A program made the translations under genes and the position numbers. From Tubiluchus corallicola (taxonomy: Eukaryota > Animalia > Priapulida), in assembly GCA_030141605.1 (NCBI GenBank), contig JAQGDQ010000331.1, positions 62,001 through 126,000 on the forward strand: a DNA stretch of 64,000 bases. Reading direction: 5' to 3'. Below are positions 13,601 through 25,400 of the stretch, piece by piece. Position 1 is the stretch's first letter. Each line of letters opens with the position of its first letter. The notes below the pieces were generated by a model, which searched no databases, was not told the origin of the DNA, and saw only the letters and a list, made by a program, of their open reading frames with translations.

Positions 13601-16600
13601 AATAAAACAATTTAGCTGTTTTATAAAGTGATTTTTAATCACTGTCAATGGATAACACTTTACATATAGCATTCAATGTTCTACTCACTTACTTACTTAT
13701 TTACTTGAAGTGCCACCTGGCAGAAGTTTGTGTACTGTACCTATCTTGCTAAAGAATCTTGGGGAACACTGTAAAACTCCTGGGTGAGGTTTGGGAGAAC
13801 TTCAGATGTAAAAATGCATTTAGCTGTGTTTCACGCTTTCCTGTGTCCCCTCCTTGTCCTGTCACCTTTGTTTTCCTCTTTCCTGCCTCTTGCTTGCCTC
13901 TCTTTTTTTCTTTTAATGTATTTTTGGTTAAATTAGTGTTTATATCCAGCATGCAAATGGAGGGTCTACTTAAACCAAAATCCAACTCATTATTTAGTAT
14001 AATACGCTAATATGAGATACTGAACTGGCAGGTGTGTCTTGGTCACACTTGGTGCATTTACATGTGCCAAACAGGCTTGGACTAGTCACCGAATACATGC
14101 ATGCTTGGATACAAGAGCCTTTTGAGGTTTGAGACCCTAATTTGCACAATTTTCAATAGTAACCAAAAAATTTTGACTATATTAATTTAAATTAAGCATG
14201 TTAACTATGCTGAAAATTACAGTATGTGTCAGAAACTAAATAAACATCGTAGTAAGACAATTTAAATCATTTGTAATTTTTATTAAATTTTGTATCGGAA
14301 TTAGTATTTGTACTTTTAAAAATATATACTGTTTGTTAAGTTTCGTCAATATAGGAAGTACAACAATTGATACTTAAAACAATTGCTGCAACTTTTAAGT
14401 GATACTTAATTCAGAAAAAGATCTCAGACCGGTTGAATGCTAAACTATTTAAACATCCCAGTGACCTTCTCTTCCCTCTGGTTCACATGGGCCTTTTGAA
14501 TCCAGTCCACCCCTGACCCTAATGAGTGAGCAGCAGCAGCTGTTTTGCAGCTGAACTTCTGGGCAATCATCCATCCATTTACTCAACAAACACCCACCAT
14601 TACCACTTCACAATTTCATCCTATAAAAATAGGCAAATCAATTCAGTGTTTTTTAAGCACATTGTCGGCTGGGTTTAAGGCCCATGGTTTTTGAAAATGT
14701 GCCCCCAAGCTGTGGTAAATGACAGCTACAGCACATATACTGTATTATCACCTAAATAACCACTTATGTAATGATAACTGTCGTTTTGACGGCATTTATG
14801 ATTTTGGCACATAATTTGTTAGAAAAAATGTAAAGCAATAACTGCTATAGAAAATCAAGCCCGTCCAGCAAGTGGCAACTGCTTTCTTTGAGTGACATCA
14901 TTTCTCATGCATAATACCCATATAAACATTTAACATTCGAACATCCAAAGGAACCTTGGAAGTAACTGCATATAACCAAAAGTGTCAGGTTCAAAGTACA
15001 ATACAAAAATATATCCCAATGTTTACAACAGATGGGCATATGAAGAAGATATGAAAATTAGCTAAAATTTTGCATTATGGTGACTGTTATTAGTATAGCA
15101 CTTGCCTTTGGTTAGACTTCTGTTGTGAGACTTTACTGTCACACGTGGGACTTGAGCTGGTCAAAGCATGGCAATTATAACTACTACCAGCATTGCTAAC
15201 ACTTATTTAAGTAAACTCTAATTGCGGACATTGACAGTAGAATGTTTCACTCTTGATTTTCTTACATCTATTGGGTGCAGTCATCATTTACGACTGTAGG
15301 AATTGAAAATTATTAGCATCAATGACTCAAAGGCACGTCACAACACGAACACTGTTAATTTTATATTTGTTTTGCAGGTTTGTTCTGAAGTTTCTTCTCC
15401 CATATGCTCGGGCAGGCGTTGGACAGAGAGAACAAACGAAAAGTCTGTCCATCAAGGCAATGGATATTCTTCGCCAAGGCTACACAAGATTGGCAGAGAT
15501 TCTTGTGAATGAAGTATGTTACATTTTATATCAAATGATCAGTTTAATGTGTTTGATTCTATTTAATTCTTGTTTCATTAAGTTTGCATTTTGTGTGGTT
15601 TTAAAAATTTGATAAAATGCAATTTGCCATTTTAGTACACAAATTGTTTACTATGTTACTGCTACAATGATCTGCATCAGTGCTGCTCTTAATATTAAAG
15701 TAGTAAAGTAGCAGCATATGCTAAATTAACAATTGAATAAACTAAACCACGAATTTTACTACTTTACAGGGAATACTGCCAGAGGAAGAACTTATATTTT
15801 TCTTAACTCATGATGAAATAGCAGTTCTCAAGAAAACTCGTTCAGCACGACTGATTGGAAAGTACAAAAATGTTTAATAAATATTTACTTTCTTTTCTAT
15901 ATAAATTTAAAATTTCTATATCTCTAATAATTTAAATCAGTTGATGCAAATATTAGTATTTTTAAGTACTTCACTGTTTGGTGTTAGTAGTCAATGTGAC
16001 TAATTAGACTGTGTGGAAAAATAGTCTCACACAGACTAATTTTAAAGTGCACTTTTTGTGTATTTTTCCAGTATTTAATTAATCTGTGTTTCGATAATTG
16101 TCTGTATTGTGCTGTGAAGGGCAGATCTTGAGCACGTGAAACAAAGAATAATCTAGCATCCCAACAGAATATGGCATGACTTTTGCTAAGAAGAGAATGA
16201 TATGCACTGGCCTGGTGCTCAATGCAGACGACAAATGGAATACAATGCAAGTGAACACGGTGTTGCAGGAAAACATGGCAAGCCGGTTGATGAAGAAATT
16301 TCTAGCTCCGATTTTGAATCCGCTGAAGAAGATTCTGATTGAAAAGCAAAACATTGTTATTGCCATTTGAATTTCATTGAAAATAAACTTCATTTTGGAG
16401 TGAAAAAAATTCCATGAAATTAGTCTGTGTGGAAAATTACTCTAACACAGGCTAATTTTCATAAGGCACGTTGAAAAGTTGGTTTCAAAATTAGTCTCAC
16501 ATAGACTAATTACAATAAACAGTGTATTGAACTTGAACTACAATTGTAAACAAATTGATACAACGTGAAATTCACACCATCTTGCAGTTACTAGGATCAG

Positions 16601-19600
16601 CTATGACAGGACAACTGAGAATATTTTGTTTATATAGCACTCTTTTTTGCCTATGCCAAACATTTTATCTGATTAAGTTTTCTTATAAAACAGTTGCAGC
16701 TACACACCAGAAAATCTCAGTGGAAATGATGCTAGCCCTAAATAGAAAAAGTGTTCCATTTTTGTTTTAGTATTGTCACTTATAGACATTTGCTTGATTT
16801 CATTGCTGAAAATTTTTTCTAGGGCTTTTAGGAGAAGAAAATTGATGCCAACAATGATGGCCATGGAATTTCCTGAGATATGCTTTGGTTATCCCAAACC
16901 TGTGAGTTAGTTAATAGTGCTGTTTTTAATTACGCAGTTTCTGCAATTAGTCATCTATCTATTTTGCTGAAATATTTTGTGATGATTTTACTTGCAGATT
17001 TCTGCTAATACATCGGCAAATCATCTACACTATACTCACCACTCCCTCTTATTACTTTAAGGGCAAACTCGAAGAAGTTTAGTAGTACATTTTCAAGTCA
17101 AATTAAGTAGCTTCCTTCCAACTTTGTTATCTTTACCCTCTCTAAACAGATGTTGCTCATTGATTAAATAGTTCTTTAAAATACTCTCATCTGTACAAAA
17201 AGTATTCCTAGGTTTCCTAAAAAATTAATGACCTGATACTAATAAAATATCAAGTGATATTTGTCATCACTTCTAGCCTATTTTCAGCCATTATCTGCTA
17301 TGTGAGTTATTAAAGGGTAAAGCTATAAATTATATTATTTGTAAATGAAGTCCTAACTTGTAACCTTAAGCTAAACTTTGCCTGTCTTTCTTCTGTTTAT
17401 TATTGCAAAAAGATTAAGCATTATATTATTTTTTAGGAAGCAGAGCATATCACTAACGAGCAAATTGCAACTACGATGGAATTAAAAGGTTACCTAAATG
17501 TCTTATTATTTGATATAAAGTAGAGCAGCTAATTTGTTTTAAGTTTGAGTTATCTTTTCTGAACATGTTTGAGCTTCATTTCCAATGAGCTTTTGGCTGT
17601 TTTTTCAAGTGAGAACCCCTTCTGCAAAACATGTGATGTATGTATGATGTCATGCAAATATTTAAAGTCCAATCCCAACTAATCCATTGATGGTTACAGA
17701 ACTTCTCATCTTTGTTGTCGATGTACATGTGCTGTGCTTGTTTTACGTGCATCATTAAACTGCTATGTTGTTGTCTATATCGGTATCACAGCCACGAATT
17801 TCACCTTCTCACTACATTTTTCATTTTGGTAAAATTATATTACAATAGTGAAGGGCGTTTGTAAAGCTAACAAAATTTTATGATGAAGTTGTAACTAGTT
17901 ATTATTGTTTCTTTAGGAATGCCAGTAAGTAATGGCGTAGTGCAGGGCAAGTGCAGAGTTGTGAAATGTCTAGAAGATGCTAATTCTATTCAGGTATGAA
18001 TATTATCCAGTGTGATGACAACTTTTCAACTTCTAACGTCACTTTGGGATCACAACCCTAACAGAAAGTTAAAATTCACAACAAGAAATGACTTTATATT
18101 CTGTTCTTATATTTTTTCACGTAATATTTTTTTCCAATACCGATTCTTTTCTTTTGAATTTAAACTATTGATAGAGTTCTTTGCAGTAATCAAGCCAAAG
18201 TTTTTAGCTTATGAACAGAACTTTATGTTTTATAAAGTTGCACAAATGTTTTGAGTGCAGGAGTTTTGAGCTACATCCATTTAAACATTTCAAAAATAAA
18301 AATTATTCAGAATGACCACAAGATGTCACTTCCATGATTACTTACTACACCTTTTGGATTTCAAGGCTTAGCCAAATTTTCCTTGTGGTCTTTTAATAGC
18401 TAACATTTTATTTGGCTATAATACCAAAAATCAAATAGTAGGTTCACTTCATGCTAAATCTTGCAAGTAAGCAAAAGCCCGATGCTGTGCAGTTGACATT
18501 CTAGTGAACTTTTCGTGGAATACGCTACTATTTTTTGTATATTTGGTATTGTAACACCATAGTTGAATGAGGTCTTAACACCAATCATGAGGTATATTCG
18601 TGTTGTATAATGACTGGTGATTTTACTTATGCTGAGTTTATTATTCATTTGTAATCTATTTGATTAATTATTTAGTATTTTATTTGCTGTTTAGTTTATA
18701 GACTCAACTCCGCAAAGTGTTGAAACTTGCACGTCAGTTCTCAATTAAGTTATTTCAAATCAGATTTTGAAGTCCTGATGGGCACATGCATTTGCACTTA
18801 AACCAACTTATTCAGTCTCCGTTTATGTAGTGACTGTGTTAAATAATAACATAATGATAGCCTAACAGATGGCTAACATTTTTTAAACATTTTGGGCTTT
18901 TTTAGTAGCTTTGTGCTGGTTAGTGAATAACAGAGTTAGTTATGTTTCATCAATTTGTAGATTGGAGAGATATTAATTGCACAGTACACAGATATTGGCT
19001 GGTCTCCATATTTCCCTTTGATCAGTGGACTTGTCACAGAGCTTGGCGGGCTTCTCTCTCATGGTATGTATTTTATTTGTGTTGAAGAATTATTGCAGAT
19101 GAAGTTATAACTTACTTGATGTTTCATTTGTAATGACATAAGGTTGCCAAAAGGTTCTAATGATTTTTTTCACAAATGAACAATTATAACAATAAACAGT
19201 ACAATCTAAAGAAATAAATGGTGTAATGAATACTCATTTTGTTTTCATTGTGAAATACACAGTATGCTTAAGTTTGTTAATGTTTAGCTTATCTTATAAT
19301 CTCATACCAAGAATTATTAATTTTTATTTTAGGAGCTGTAGTTGCAAGAGAGTATGGTCTGCCTTGTATAGTATCTGCAAAGAAAGCAACTAGTATCTTC
19401 AAAACAGGTAATTTCTGTCAGTGTGCAAACACAGCAGATGCAAAAGATATGTTACAGGCACCGTGTAAAATTCACACATTTATAAAATTCCTAGGTATTT
19501 CATATAACACCTATACATTTCGGGAAAACTGTAAAATAAATCCTTTTATTGCCACTCTTTCACACTTTGCCGAGACGTTTTGTATAATAGCTAGCGTTTA

Positions 19601-20140
19601 TTTAAAATGCGTTTGTGACCTTAGCAACGTAAAAAATGAACATAATTTTTGTTTGGAATCGAATTTTTCCTACGTATTTTTGCATGGAATGCATAAAACA
19701 ACTTAGCTACTAAACTAAGCAAGCAGTTTAAATAAGTTAATTGAAGAATATTCAATTAAAAAATAATATGGAAAAGCATATTCAGAATCTAAGAATTACA
19801 TGCTTTGCCTAAACAAAACTTTTGCTTTGTATATAGTGCTTTGGAAAAGTGTCAAATCAACTGTTTTAGACACTTTACCTGTTTTGTTTTGGCATTCCAT
19901 AAAATGCCTAAGCATTTTGTAAAATACCCGGTTTCCCATTTTGCCAATAAAATATATACTAAAGTAGTGCCTAGGCATATTGTGTTCAGTATGAGTTAAC
20001 TGAGCAATATTTATCATTTTACTAATTTCTATGTAGGAGAAGAAGTGATATTAAATGGTACTGCTGGAACCATAGCAAAAGTTGCTAATGCTCAGACACA
20101 GACACTGAAGACTGGCTCAGAAAGTTCTGCTGCTGAGTGA
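1710..20140 (+). CDS. Paralog 1 (5' part lies outside the window): PEP-utilising phosphohistidine phosphotransferase, rifampicin phosphotransferase/PigC/YvkC-like; central helical domain plus C-terminal swivel His domain
   Basis: Phase-consistent GT-AG exons: 1710-1892, 3137-3268, [one of 5176-5263 / 6557-6644 / 9256-9343], 11720-11808, 11930-11992, 12097-12192, 12365-12424, 13469-13569, 15378-15513, 15770-15861, 16823-16901, 17437-17488, 17917-17993, 18961-19063, 19333-19407, 20037-20140 (TGA). Total 1530 nt = 509 aa + stop. Motifs SADVP, HGHRCIREAEL, QREQTKS, GMPVSNG and [37 protein letters not shown] (PEP-utiliser mobile domain with catalytic His). Most exon sizes match paralog 2 exactly. 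Confidence 0.9.
2928..2953. repeat. (TA)n microsatellite
   Basis: Seen directly. Confidence 0.9.
5176..5263 (+). CDS. Alternative exon A of paralog 1 (88 nt, phase 0 to 1)
   Basis: cattgtag|GTATGG...ATTGCAG|gtacac; encodes VWNNHMIATQASAMLSNFLKSIILGSEIA. Confidence 0.85.
6322..6400. repeat. (CA)n microsatellite
   Basis: Seen directly. Confidence 0.97.
6557..6644 (+). CDS. Alternative exon B of paralog 1 (88 nt, phase 0 to 1)
   Basis: cattttag|GTTGGC...ACAGCAG|gtacac; encodes VGHFHMLISRLSVLLSDFLKSLIFGSRTA. Confidence 0.8.
7385..7689. repeat. Degenerate tandem duplication plus a 3 x 18-bp minisatellite (ccttgactgagtacccgg) in a GC-richer, probably TE-derived block
   Basis: 7385-7480 resembles 7543-7630 (cccagaagaccc..aaaatg..acagaa.aactaa..cagcact). 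The 18-mer repeats at 7632-7689. Confidence 0.65.
9256..9343 (+). CDS. Alternative exon C of paralog 1 (88 nt, phase 0 to 1)
   Basis: ggttttag|GTGTGG...ACTGCAG|gtatct; encodes VWERHMMASHASAGMSNIVRTAIAGSQTA. Confidence 0.85.
9565..9870 (+). repeat. Local ~70-bp direct duplication
   Basis: gccaatggctaatcatgtgacagaat at 9565 and gccaatggctaatcatttgatagaat at 9798, with weaker similarity continuing downstream. Confidence 0.7.
10620..10728. repeat. Compound (TG)n microsatellite
   Basis: Seen directly. Confidence 0.93.
15972..16524. mobile_element. Internally deleted DNA transposon with imperfect TIRs (Tc1/mariner-pogo-like) in a paralog 1 intron
   Basis: Left end cactgtttggtgttagtagtcaatgtgactaatt vs reverse complement of right end cactgtttattgtaattagtctatgtgagactaatt. 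Right end is followed by TA. Subterminal aattagtctgtgtg/cacacagactaatt motifs at both ends. Internal remnant GMTFAKKRMICTGLVLNADDKW. Confidence 0.55.
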
Positions 20141-20800
20141 TTATTGAATGTCAAATCTGGTGATTCTGATATTGGACAGTTTGTCACTGTACTTGTCGTA
20201 ATTAGATCATAAAAAACAAACAGTCATATAAAAACAGAGTAAGTGAAATGTGAAACTGAAATTGATTATTAAATAAGCACTAATGATATAATTTAATTTT
20301 ATATACATGTACCTCATACTGAATTATGGAAAATTTTTAGTGAAAAGGTTTGCAGGAGCAAATTTATACCCTTTAAAATCTTTCCAAATTATGGCAGGAA
20401 GTAGTGTCGTTATAAGATGTCTGAGATAGCTATTCTAATGGTGTTCTCATAGAAGTCTGTTTTAAATGCACTGAATGCTATGGAAGCTGCAACTAGTGAT
20501 GCTAGACTATTAACAAATATTTCAAAGCACTTACAACAATATTAGGGTATTTTTGTTTGCTTATTGAAATTGTTTGTAGCAATGAATATATACATTGTGT
20601 TTGTTGCCAATGAAATAGCTGGGAAATGTTGCTGCGTACATTTAAATGTCATGATTCATTTGTTTATTGTTAATGCTAATATATATATTTAATAATTCTG
20701 TTATTTTGATATTAATAATATTAATCATAATTACGTTATGCATGTTGTTGATCATAAAACTGTTTTGCTTTGAATTTTAAATTGTATTTCAATTCATATA

Positions 20801-21262
20801 GAGAAGAAAAGAGGGGAGGGGAGAGAGAAGAGAAGCAGTGATGGAAAAACAGTTTGTGTGTGTTTGTATGCACTTGCGAATATTTCATTTCCATCTTTTA
20901 TATTGAATGAATTTGTTTTACATGTCTAAGAACATATTACATAATGTAAAAAAAACAAGGAAAGATAAATGAAACTTTGTTGTATGTAAAAGGTTCATTA
21001 TATGTAGCATAGCTTACTTTCATGTAGGTGGTTCATATTTTTATTCTCAGGTTCTGCTCCTGCTAATTGCTTCTGCGATTAGTTTTTATGCTGATTACCT
21101 GGTGCTATAAAGGTGCATTACATGTATTTACTGCCAATCTGCAGCAAGTTGTGAAGTCAGTATACTGACTGCCTTTAATTATCCCCAAAGCTCTTTTCAG
21201 CTCATTCAAAATCCATTCACTTATAAGATCAATTGATTTTGCTTTTTTCTCTCAATTATGTT
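20801..21262 (+). repeat. ~460-bp direct repeat, copy 1 (intergenic)
   Basis: Co-linear with 24113-24550, with long identical stretches such as ttcattatatgtagcatagcttactttcatgtaggtg and ctgctcctgctaattgcttctgcgattagttt. Confidence 0.9.
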
Positions 21263-22488
21263 ATCATTATATAGGAGACTTTAGTAGTGGTTGCATAGAG
21301 ATGAAAGTCGATTGCATACCTTCACAAATAAAATATTATTGGCATTCGATTTGTTATTGTTGCACTGAAGCACACGCTTTGCAAGATAATGAAGTAGTTC
21401 ACTGAAAAGATGATTTGTGTATGGTGTACAATGTCTCATTAGTTATTACAGCTTTGTAATAAATGAGGTGAAATCCATGTAATCGTAAATAGAGTTGGGC
21501 ATCAAGGCAATTAGTGACAGTTGGTAGTAGTTTACATGGGCATGTATGGCACAAAAATTAAGTCATACTTGTACATGTTTCCTGTGGATCTGCAGTAACT
21601 GAAGACTCATTGCACAGCTTTTACCTTTGATCTATATCACACATTTCACCTGCACACGACTGATGTGTGTGCAAATTAATGTATGGCAAGAATGCATTAA
21701 AATATAATTTGAATAACTGCACCTGAGCTTGCATTCTATTACTGGGAGCCACTTGCTCAATCGTGTATGCCACTCTCTTAACCTCATCTCTGTGCCAAAG
21801 AGTTCCATTTTGTTTTGTTTTTTCAGTGTTTTCCAGACATATTTTATACACATTATATAATATTGTTTTAATCGGCAAATTTTTTTCTCTGTTTGGAAAC
21901 ATTTTCATTACCAGACAAAATTGCCATCAGACTTTTTATTGTACTACTTATATTCATTTTTGCGTATTAGCCTACTTGCGGCCAATGTGAGTTTCACGCT
22001 CTACATATTTACATATCATGAAATCCTGCTGCTTATGTAATACGACTTTTCGCATGACATTCATCTTGCATGTTTGCCTTCCCTAGTGATATGCATGTAA
22101 TTGCACTTTTGTTATAGGTTTTACGTAATTTTTGTTCCCTAATAGTTGCGCCGTTTCATGCCCCGTTTGATTCAAATACATTATCGACCGTGCATCCATT
22201 GCACAATTTTGCTTTGTGTAGCAATCATTAAAGTTTTATCTAAAGAAGATTGCACATAGGTAACTGTAAAAAATTACCTTTGAACTATAATACAAGCGGT
22301 TTGGTTTAGTTGAATGGCGCAATGCAGCTGCATGAAAGTCGCCATGGAAACAGCAGCTGATGGAGCGACACAGTTCAGTGATTCATTCCATCAGGAACAT
22401 CTCAACAGCTGATGTAGATTGCTCATAGTACCTCAGTGCTTATAGTTCAGCTGTATAAAGAGTAAATTTTATATTGACCTTGTTTATA

Positions 22489-25400
22489 ATGAGTGCAGTT
22501 GTGTTTCTTTCCCTGGCGATCATACTAATATTTGCTGCTTATGGAATTTACTGTATAGCTGAGCCTGACTTATTAGCTGGAAGTAAGGGCTCAACAAGTA
22601 AGTACAGTGACAATTTAATTATAAATGCACTTTTCGATGTTTGAGTAGAGATCCACATTCCAGGCCATTTCTGAGCTGTCGTAATAATTTGCCTGGCAAT
22701 AATTTCACTTCAACATGTATTTCGTTTCGGACTTCAGGGAGCAAGGAAGTAATCGTACACCTCCCTGAAAGACTGTGACTAACATTGTTACATAATGCGC
22801 GCAAATAAGCTCCATTAGTTTAGGAGCAGCTGCAGAAGCGCATTAGAATACAGCTTAAAACCCGTACAAAGTATTAACTAAACTAATTGTTAAAATGGTA
22901 TTTTGAAACTATATATTATGTAGTACAAAGAATATTAAAATTGAATGAGTAAATTCAGTTTCTATGAAGAAGAAAATTTTTGTGCGTTTGGATAAGAAAG
23001 GAAATAAAATAATAGTTTTGTTAATAATTTAAAAGATAAAAGAAATTCAAGATAACAAGCTTCAAATGATCACCGTATACAAACTTATTTTAATAAAGTA
23101 TTAATAATAAATGTCAGTATGACGAGTTTAATTTAATACATTTAAATTAAATAATACCTCTTATGATACTTGCACAATGGCAGTTTTACTATGAGGCATA
23201 AGTCTCAGGGCCCCTGTAGTCATAGAGAGGATCCAGGAGCAGCTTTTTAAGAATAAATTGTTCAATAAAATTTATACAGTATTTGTATAGATTAACTGCA
23301 AAAATAAGTGGTTGGTTACTAAGCAAAATTAGATTACGCACAACACAAACTCTAGAGCAGCATGTTTCCTGCATGATGTCGGGCATTCGTTAATGCATTA
23401 TCATTCAACAAGCTCCATGTCATCCTGCCACTGCTTATTCTCCATTTTTTGTAGCCAAATTGTACTCATTCAAGTTAGTCCTTAATTTCTGTTCATCTAG
23501 TAATTAATGTGATACTGTATAAATACAGTTGCTTAGTGATTCGTTACAATGTACTAGAAGCCATCATGCATCTTAAAGGTTTCTTATCTATCTCAGCTGC
23601 AAAGTGTCATCACCCTAACGTTGGACCAAAAAATATTAGTGAACTTTTTCTTCACATTGGTTCTGCTACCCAAAATATCCATGCAGTTGTAGCAAAGAAC
23701 CAACACGTTATGAGATTGTCATTGTAGTTTACCTGTGGCAAAAATATTTTAAAATGTTCCCACAATTGATTTCAGAGCAAAAGAGCCTTCTAATGATTCC
23801 CCTAAACCTTAGCCTTTTCGCTGGTGGGAAGAGAGCCTCCCTGCATGGCTTCATTTTCATGGACTCCGGTCCCCTTCACCTCTATTGATTTGATTTGGAG
23901 TCCTTGATTGTTTCTTTCTTGTTTTTGGTTAAAAAAGGATCTTCATGACAGTTGAAACATCAGGGATCCCAAGGTATACATTCAAAATAACTGAAATCAT
24001 TAAGTAGGTGATACTTGTACCTCTATTTTTTCACAAGTTCTTGCTCTTCACTCTGTGAATATTTTAAATTATTGTCACTCACCACCAGAGATTAATTACC
24101 TCATTAATTCACGAGAAGAAAAAAGGGAGGGAGAGAGAGAAAAAAGAAGAAGAGAAACAGTGACACAAAAACAGTTTTTTTTGTGTTTTATATTTCGATG
24201 TTTTACATTGAATGAACTCGTTTCACATGTGTAAGAACATTTTAAATAATGTAAAAAATCAAGTAAAGATAAATGAACCTTTGTTGTATGTAAAAAGTTC
24301 ATTATATGTAGCATAGCTTACTTTCATGTAGGTGACATATTTTTATCCTAAGGTCTGCTCCTGCTAATTGCTTCTGCGATTAGTTTCTATGCCTGATTAC
24401 CTTGTGCTATAAAGGTATATTGCATGTATTTACTGCCAATCTGTGGGAAGTTGTGAAGTCAGTTTAATTATCCCCAAAGCTCTTTTAAGCTCATGCAAAA
24501 TCCATTCACTTATACGATCAATTGATTTTGCTTTTTCTCTCAATTATGTTTTTCGCCACGCTAATTTTCATAGTTGCAGCTAGGACTGCCTAATTACTTT
24601 TACACTGGTTTTCGCACTATTAAAGCAAACTGGTAGGTTTGGGAAGACTTTGCTCTTTAAGCTTTGTTTGGCAAGGTATAAATAGATTTAAATTCCAAGT
24701 CCATTCCTAATACTTCCTGCACTATGGAAGTGTTTACGAAGACCTACTTCTCTTAAATTAGAAATACTTCTTGTAAGTGAGAAACCAACCAAAACTATAT
24801 AGTTCATTCTTTATTCCTTTTAAGGAGTCTTGTAAACAAATGAAATGTTCAAAGTTACATAAGCCACATTTCTTTTACTTTTTTTGTTTTCCTAATAAAT
24901 ATAATCTCAGAAGTAAAAAATTGGTTTAGGTAATAGATTAAAATAATAATAGGTATAGTTTTAAAGCCAATTTATTGGTTTTTTTCTGAACAATAATGTT
25001 TTGCTTATTTAATTTATATTAGGCAGATGGCACTATATAAAGAAGATTGTTTTTCTGATCGCATTGCACATCCGGAAATGGAGAAGGAAGAAAGATGGTT
25101 ATGAGTTAACTCTGGACCATCCATTCATCAGAGAGATGGACTTATGTGCATTGCTTGAACATCCCCAGAAACTGCAAGAGGCAAATTCTCAAGTTGGTTT
25201 ACTTTCAAAGTTTACTTTTATAGCTAGGTTACTCCAGAAGTTGGAGCCAACATACCCAGGACTTTCTGTATACTAAAGAATTTTTACTATAAAAATGCAT
25301 GTACAATGAGGTTCAATAAACTAAGAATCCATGCAGTATGTATGAGAAAATTTTTTATAGGAAATTAAATTATAGACCAGTAATGTTTTGCAAAATTACT

